NCBI GenBank assembly: GCA_964492305.1
Contig: CAZBJN010000001.1
Coordinates: 13,926 to 59,288, forward strand
From: an uncultured Candidatus Saccharibacteria bacterium
Lineage (GTDB): Bacteria; Patescibacteriota; Minisyncoccia; Phycocordibacterales; UBA918
Direction of reading: 5' to 3'
DNA: 45,363 nucleotides
Notes under the pieces: generated by a model
Database searches by the model: none
Seen by the model: only the letters and a program-made list of their open reading frames with translations
Told to the model about the DNA's origin: nothing
Shown here: piece by piece, positions 42,787 to 45,363 of the stretch
How the letters are laid out: the number at the start of each line of letters is the position of its first letter
How positions within the stretch are numbered: position 1 is the stretch's first letter
Made by a program: the position numbers and the translations under genes

Positions 42787-43715
42787 TATTCAGCGTACTT
42801 ACTGAGCATGGCTTCTAGGCCAGCTACGTTCTTACTAAACTCAGTGTCGGTGTGGTTAGTGAGAAGTACACTGATGGCTGGAATTTTTTGACCAGCAAAC
42901 CAGTTGACCATGTCGCCGGTGATTTGATAGTAGTCGAATTCTTCGTGGGCGGTATAACCAGCGGCATCAGCAAATAGGTTGGTAAGCTCTCTGGTCTCAG
43001 TAGAGATGCCGTTGTTGCAACTTGAAGAGTACACTCCCCCGGCCGCACTGTACCAGGTAACACCTGCTGCGGGTTTGTTTGCTTCTACATAAGCTCTTAC
43101 AGCAGCACTTTCTGGTTCAGAGAATGGAGTGTCTCCACCACTGACGCTGCGGTTTTGCCAAGTACCAACTGATTCCCATTCACAGTCAAAGTTTCGATTG
43201 ATATCAACCTCGTTGGCGTTAAAGCGTCCAGTGATACGAACTGTTTCTGCGGTATTCACAGCTGAAGCCTTGAACAGTCCGGTGGTTCCGGTCACAACCT
43301 TAAGTCCATCTGGATTTAAGACTGGGATAATTGTCACCTTTACGTTCTCGGGAACCTTATCCTCATTTTCTTCGAGCCAGTCAATGAGCTCAAACGCTAG
43401 GAGACTCGTGTTCCAAGAATACCCGCCATGGATACCACCAATAAATAACAGTTCGGTTTCACCAGTACCAAAGTGGTAGGCAGTAATTACCTCTCCCCCG
43501 GCTGATGTGCCAAGTACACTGGTTGGTTCGTCCGAAGCGGATTCTTCGGGCGTGGTGGTCGCTTGCTCCGGTTGTGCTTCTGGTGTTGCGCTGGTCGGAG
43601 CGGTTGGGGTAGTAGATTCGTTTTCGACCAATTGACTGTCTTCGCTCATGAGCATATAAACTCCTCCACCAACTAGGATTAATATGGCCACTGCAATTAA
43701 AATAATATTTTTCAT
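42786..43715 (-). CDS. M14-like paralogue, membrane-anchored, predicted catalytically inactive
   Basis: Aligns along its length with the downstream paralogue, but reads GGIHGGYSWN, TWYSA and ISVLLT at the three catalytic/zinc positions. NANEVDINRNF is retained. Its stop overlaps the next start as TAATG. Confidence 0.75.
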   Translation of the reverse strand: MKNIILIAVAILILVGGGVYMLMSEDSQLVENESTTPTAPTSATPEAQPEQATTTPEESASDEPTSVLGTSAGGEVITAYHFGTGETELLFIGGIHGGYSWNTSLLAFELIDWLEENEDKVPENVKVTIIPVLNPDGLKVVTGTTGLFKASAVNTAETVRITGRFNANEVDINRNFDCEWESVGTWQNRSVSGGDTPFSEPESAAVRAYVEANKPAAGVTWYSAAGGVYSSSCNNGISTETRELTNLFADAAGYTAHEEFDYYQITGDMVNWFAGQKIPAISVLLTNHTDTEFSKNVAGLEAMLSKYAE

Positions 43716-43979
43716 AGACTCTTATTGTATGCCGATTAGTGGCACTTGACCACCTTTGCATTCGTAACCCTTCGCACCTCGGAACACTCACGTTATAGGC
43801 ACCACGATTTTCTCCGGCGTACGTACAGGTGCGCTATATGAAAAATCATTTGCCCATGCCTTGTATTTGGGCGGGTGTGGAGTTACCAGTGGATATCTTT
43901 ATCTTTGGTATATTTTGTGGTTTAATGTTGTCAGAGTCAGTTCCGCTAAGTGACACTTTTTTACAGAAAGGGGGTTGTC

Positions 43980-44360
43980 ATGAAGACAATTGAAGAATTT
44001 GATTATTTCAGGGATGTGCCTCTGGTGGCAGTTCAACAGATGGACACACCAGCAGCACGTTTGAGTAAAGGTATGTATGAAGTTTGGATTAAGCCAGCTG
44101 GAAATGCGGCCATGTCCACTGCCTTCGCTCTCCTTTTGCTGCATCACTACCAAGGAGTCAACGACGATGAGTCATTGCTGGAACCGGTGTCCAAGTATGA
44201 TCGCTTGGCCTCCGAGTTCGTCCCCGGGGTTCCCTCTGCCGCCGTTGGCTTCCGCTTCTCGCTTCTTGATACCGCAAACGGCCCAGTCGTTTCGGCGGTC
44301 TTCGGAAAAAAGTCGGACATGAGTGATTTCGACGATGTCTGTCTGGAGGCATCAGATTGA
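43980..44360 (+). CDS. hypothetical cytoplasmic protein (GC-rich orphan cassette)
   Basis: 126 aa from MKTIEEF. SD AAAGGGGG ends 5 nt before the ATG. A GC-rich terminator follows. 44161-44220 is 55% GC. Confidence 0.5.
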   Translation: MKTIEEFDYFRDVPLVAVQQMDTPAARLSKGMYEVWIKPAGNAAMSTAFALLLLHHYQGVNDDESLLEPVSKYDRLASEFVPGVPSAAVGFRFSLLDTANGPVVSAVFGKKSDMSDFDDVCLEASD

Positions 44361-44373
44361 CCGCCCAACAAAA

Positions 44374-44413
44374 ACCGCCGCCAGATAAATGTCTGGCGGC
44401 GGGCTTTCGTTTT
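44374..44413. terminator. bidirectional intrinsic terminator
   Basis: ccgccgccaga-taaatg-tctggcggcgg hairpin followed by gctttcgttttt. Confidence 0.75.
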
Positions 44414-44419
44414 TATATT

Positions 44420-45363
44420 TTAAGCAGCCAGTTCTTCGGCGCTAAAGTCAGCTCGAGTTAGTTCGATAGTGCCCCCTTTTGTGGCACCACCACTAATGAT
44501 GAGTTGCGCAATTTTTTCTTCAACTACATCTTGGATAACTCGTTGCATTGGCCGTGCCCCAAACTGCGGACTGTATCCCTTTTCAACTAAGATATCCATC
44601 AGGTCACGGTTTACTATGAGCTCATATCCTTGATCTTTGACTCGTTCGTATAGTCCGCGGAGCATGAGTCCAGCTACTTGCCCCTGTTCTTCTTGTACAA
44701 GTGGTTCGAAGATAATGGTGTTATCAAAGCGGTTGATGAGCTCGGGTCGGAAGATACCTTCCTTAATAATATGATTGATAATTTCAGCAGAAAGGGTCGA
44801 TAGTTCTTTTCTTTGTTCGATAGTCTTTAGGATTAGTTGGCTGCCGGCATTTGAGGTGGCGATAATGATGGTGTTGCGTGCGTTTACTTTGTCTCCCCTC
44901 GCATCGGTGAAGATGCCTTCATCAAGAACCTGCAAGAAAATGTCATGGACTGACTGGTTCGCTTTTTCTAGTTCATCAAGAAGAAGAACTGAGTATGGGT
45001 GTTCGCGAAGCATATCTGGCAAAATCCCAGAGGTGACACCGTCACCAATTAGTCGCTCTAAGGCATCTCCCCCACTAAACTCAGACATGTCGATACGGTG
45101 CATGTTAGTCTCACTACCAAAGAAGACGTGAGCAAGAGCTTTGGCTGTTTCGGTCTTTCCTACACCGGTTGGCCCCAGGAACAAGAATGATCCAATTGGT
45201 TTGTCACTAGACTGAATGCCGGCGCGAGCGCGACGCATAGTGCGTGCAATAGCATCAAGCGCGCGCTGTTGTCCAATAACCCTCTCATGTAGTGTGTCTT
45301 CTAGATTAAGAAGTAAGTCTCGTTCAACTTCGCCGATTGGTCCAGTTGGAATGCCGGTCTTCT
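44420..45363 (-). CDS. ClpB/ClpC-type AAA+ chaperone, C-terminal part (partial; runs off the window)
   Basis: AAA2 module: IGSFLFLGPTGVGKTETAKALA, LLLDELEKA, RPELINRFD, C-terminal D2-small domain. The reading frame stays open to 45363. Confidence 0.9.
   Translation of the reverse strand, partial: KTGIPTGPIGEVERDLLLNLEDTLHERVIGQQRALDAIARTMRRARAGIQSSDKPIGSFLFLGPTGVGKTETAKALAHVFFGSETNMHRIDMSEFSGGDALERLIGDGVTSGILPDMLREHPYSVLLLDELEKANQSVHDIFLQVLDEGIFTDARGDKVNARNTIIIATSNAGSQLILKTIEQRKELSTLSAEIINHIIKEGIFRPELINRFDNTIIFEPLVQEEQGQVAGLMLRGLYERVKDQGYELIVNRDLMDILVEKGYSPQFGARPMQRVIQDVVEEKIAQLIISGGATKGGTIELTRADFSAEELAA

Noticed and set aside
1-45363. Search for CRISPR arrays, rRNA genes, IS transposases and phage modules
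   Set aside because: No regularly spaced direct repeats, no rRNA-like conserved segments and no transposase- or capsid-like ORFs were seen.

Overview
About 45 kb of a small-genome bacterial chromosome spanning the replication-origin neighbourhood (rpmH-rnpA-yidC / dnaA-dnaN). Hand-counted 60-nt samples give a background of 37-45% GC. The compact housekeeping proteins, an orphan PilB, wall enzymes, a VirB4/VirB6-type cluster and many unassignable secreted proteins fit a Patescibacteria/CPR organism, possibly a Saccharibacterium. That assignment is inference only. Standard genetic code; no rRNA, CRISPR array, transposase or phage genes seen. Recognisable genes: tRNA-Lys(UUU), holA-like, polA, tsaE, pilB, ruvB, yebC, ruvC, PBP1A, DUF721/DciA-like, dnaN, dnaA, rpmH (missing from the ORF track), rnpA, yidC, rsmA, pcrA/uvrD, LysM-M23 peptidase, comM/yifB, a DksA/TraR-like protein, pnp, an NYN/LabA-like protein, rpsO, a Xer-type recombinase, two tandem M14 peptidases and a partial Clp ATPase. 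The main item is an 11.7-kb, 12-gene minus-strand cluster (17932-29602). It encodes VirB2-like, PrgI/VirB3-like, VirB4-like and VirB6/TrbL-like proteins plus eight proteins with no clear family assignment, seven of which carry an N-terminal signal peptide or TM segment. It has no coupling protein, relaxase, VirB11 or VirB7-10. Other observations: (1) a -10-like hexamer sits exactly 6 nt before the start codon of at least seven genes, suggesting leaderless mRNAs; (2) four GC-rich single-gene cassettes carry canonical SD sites and their own terminators, one of them wedged into the dnaA/rpmH junction; (3) a ~125-nt palindrome-ended repeat occurs twice, one copy holding both the dnaA stop codon and a perfect DnaA box; (4) a promoter-equipped ~200-nt structured-RNA candidate lies between pilB and ruvB; (5) the M14 pair looks like one active and one inactive enzyme, translationally coupled; (6) an 89-aa protein is 52% Asp/Glu.
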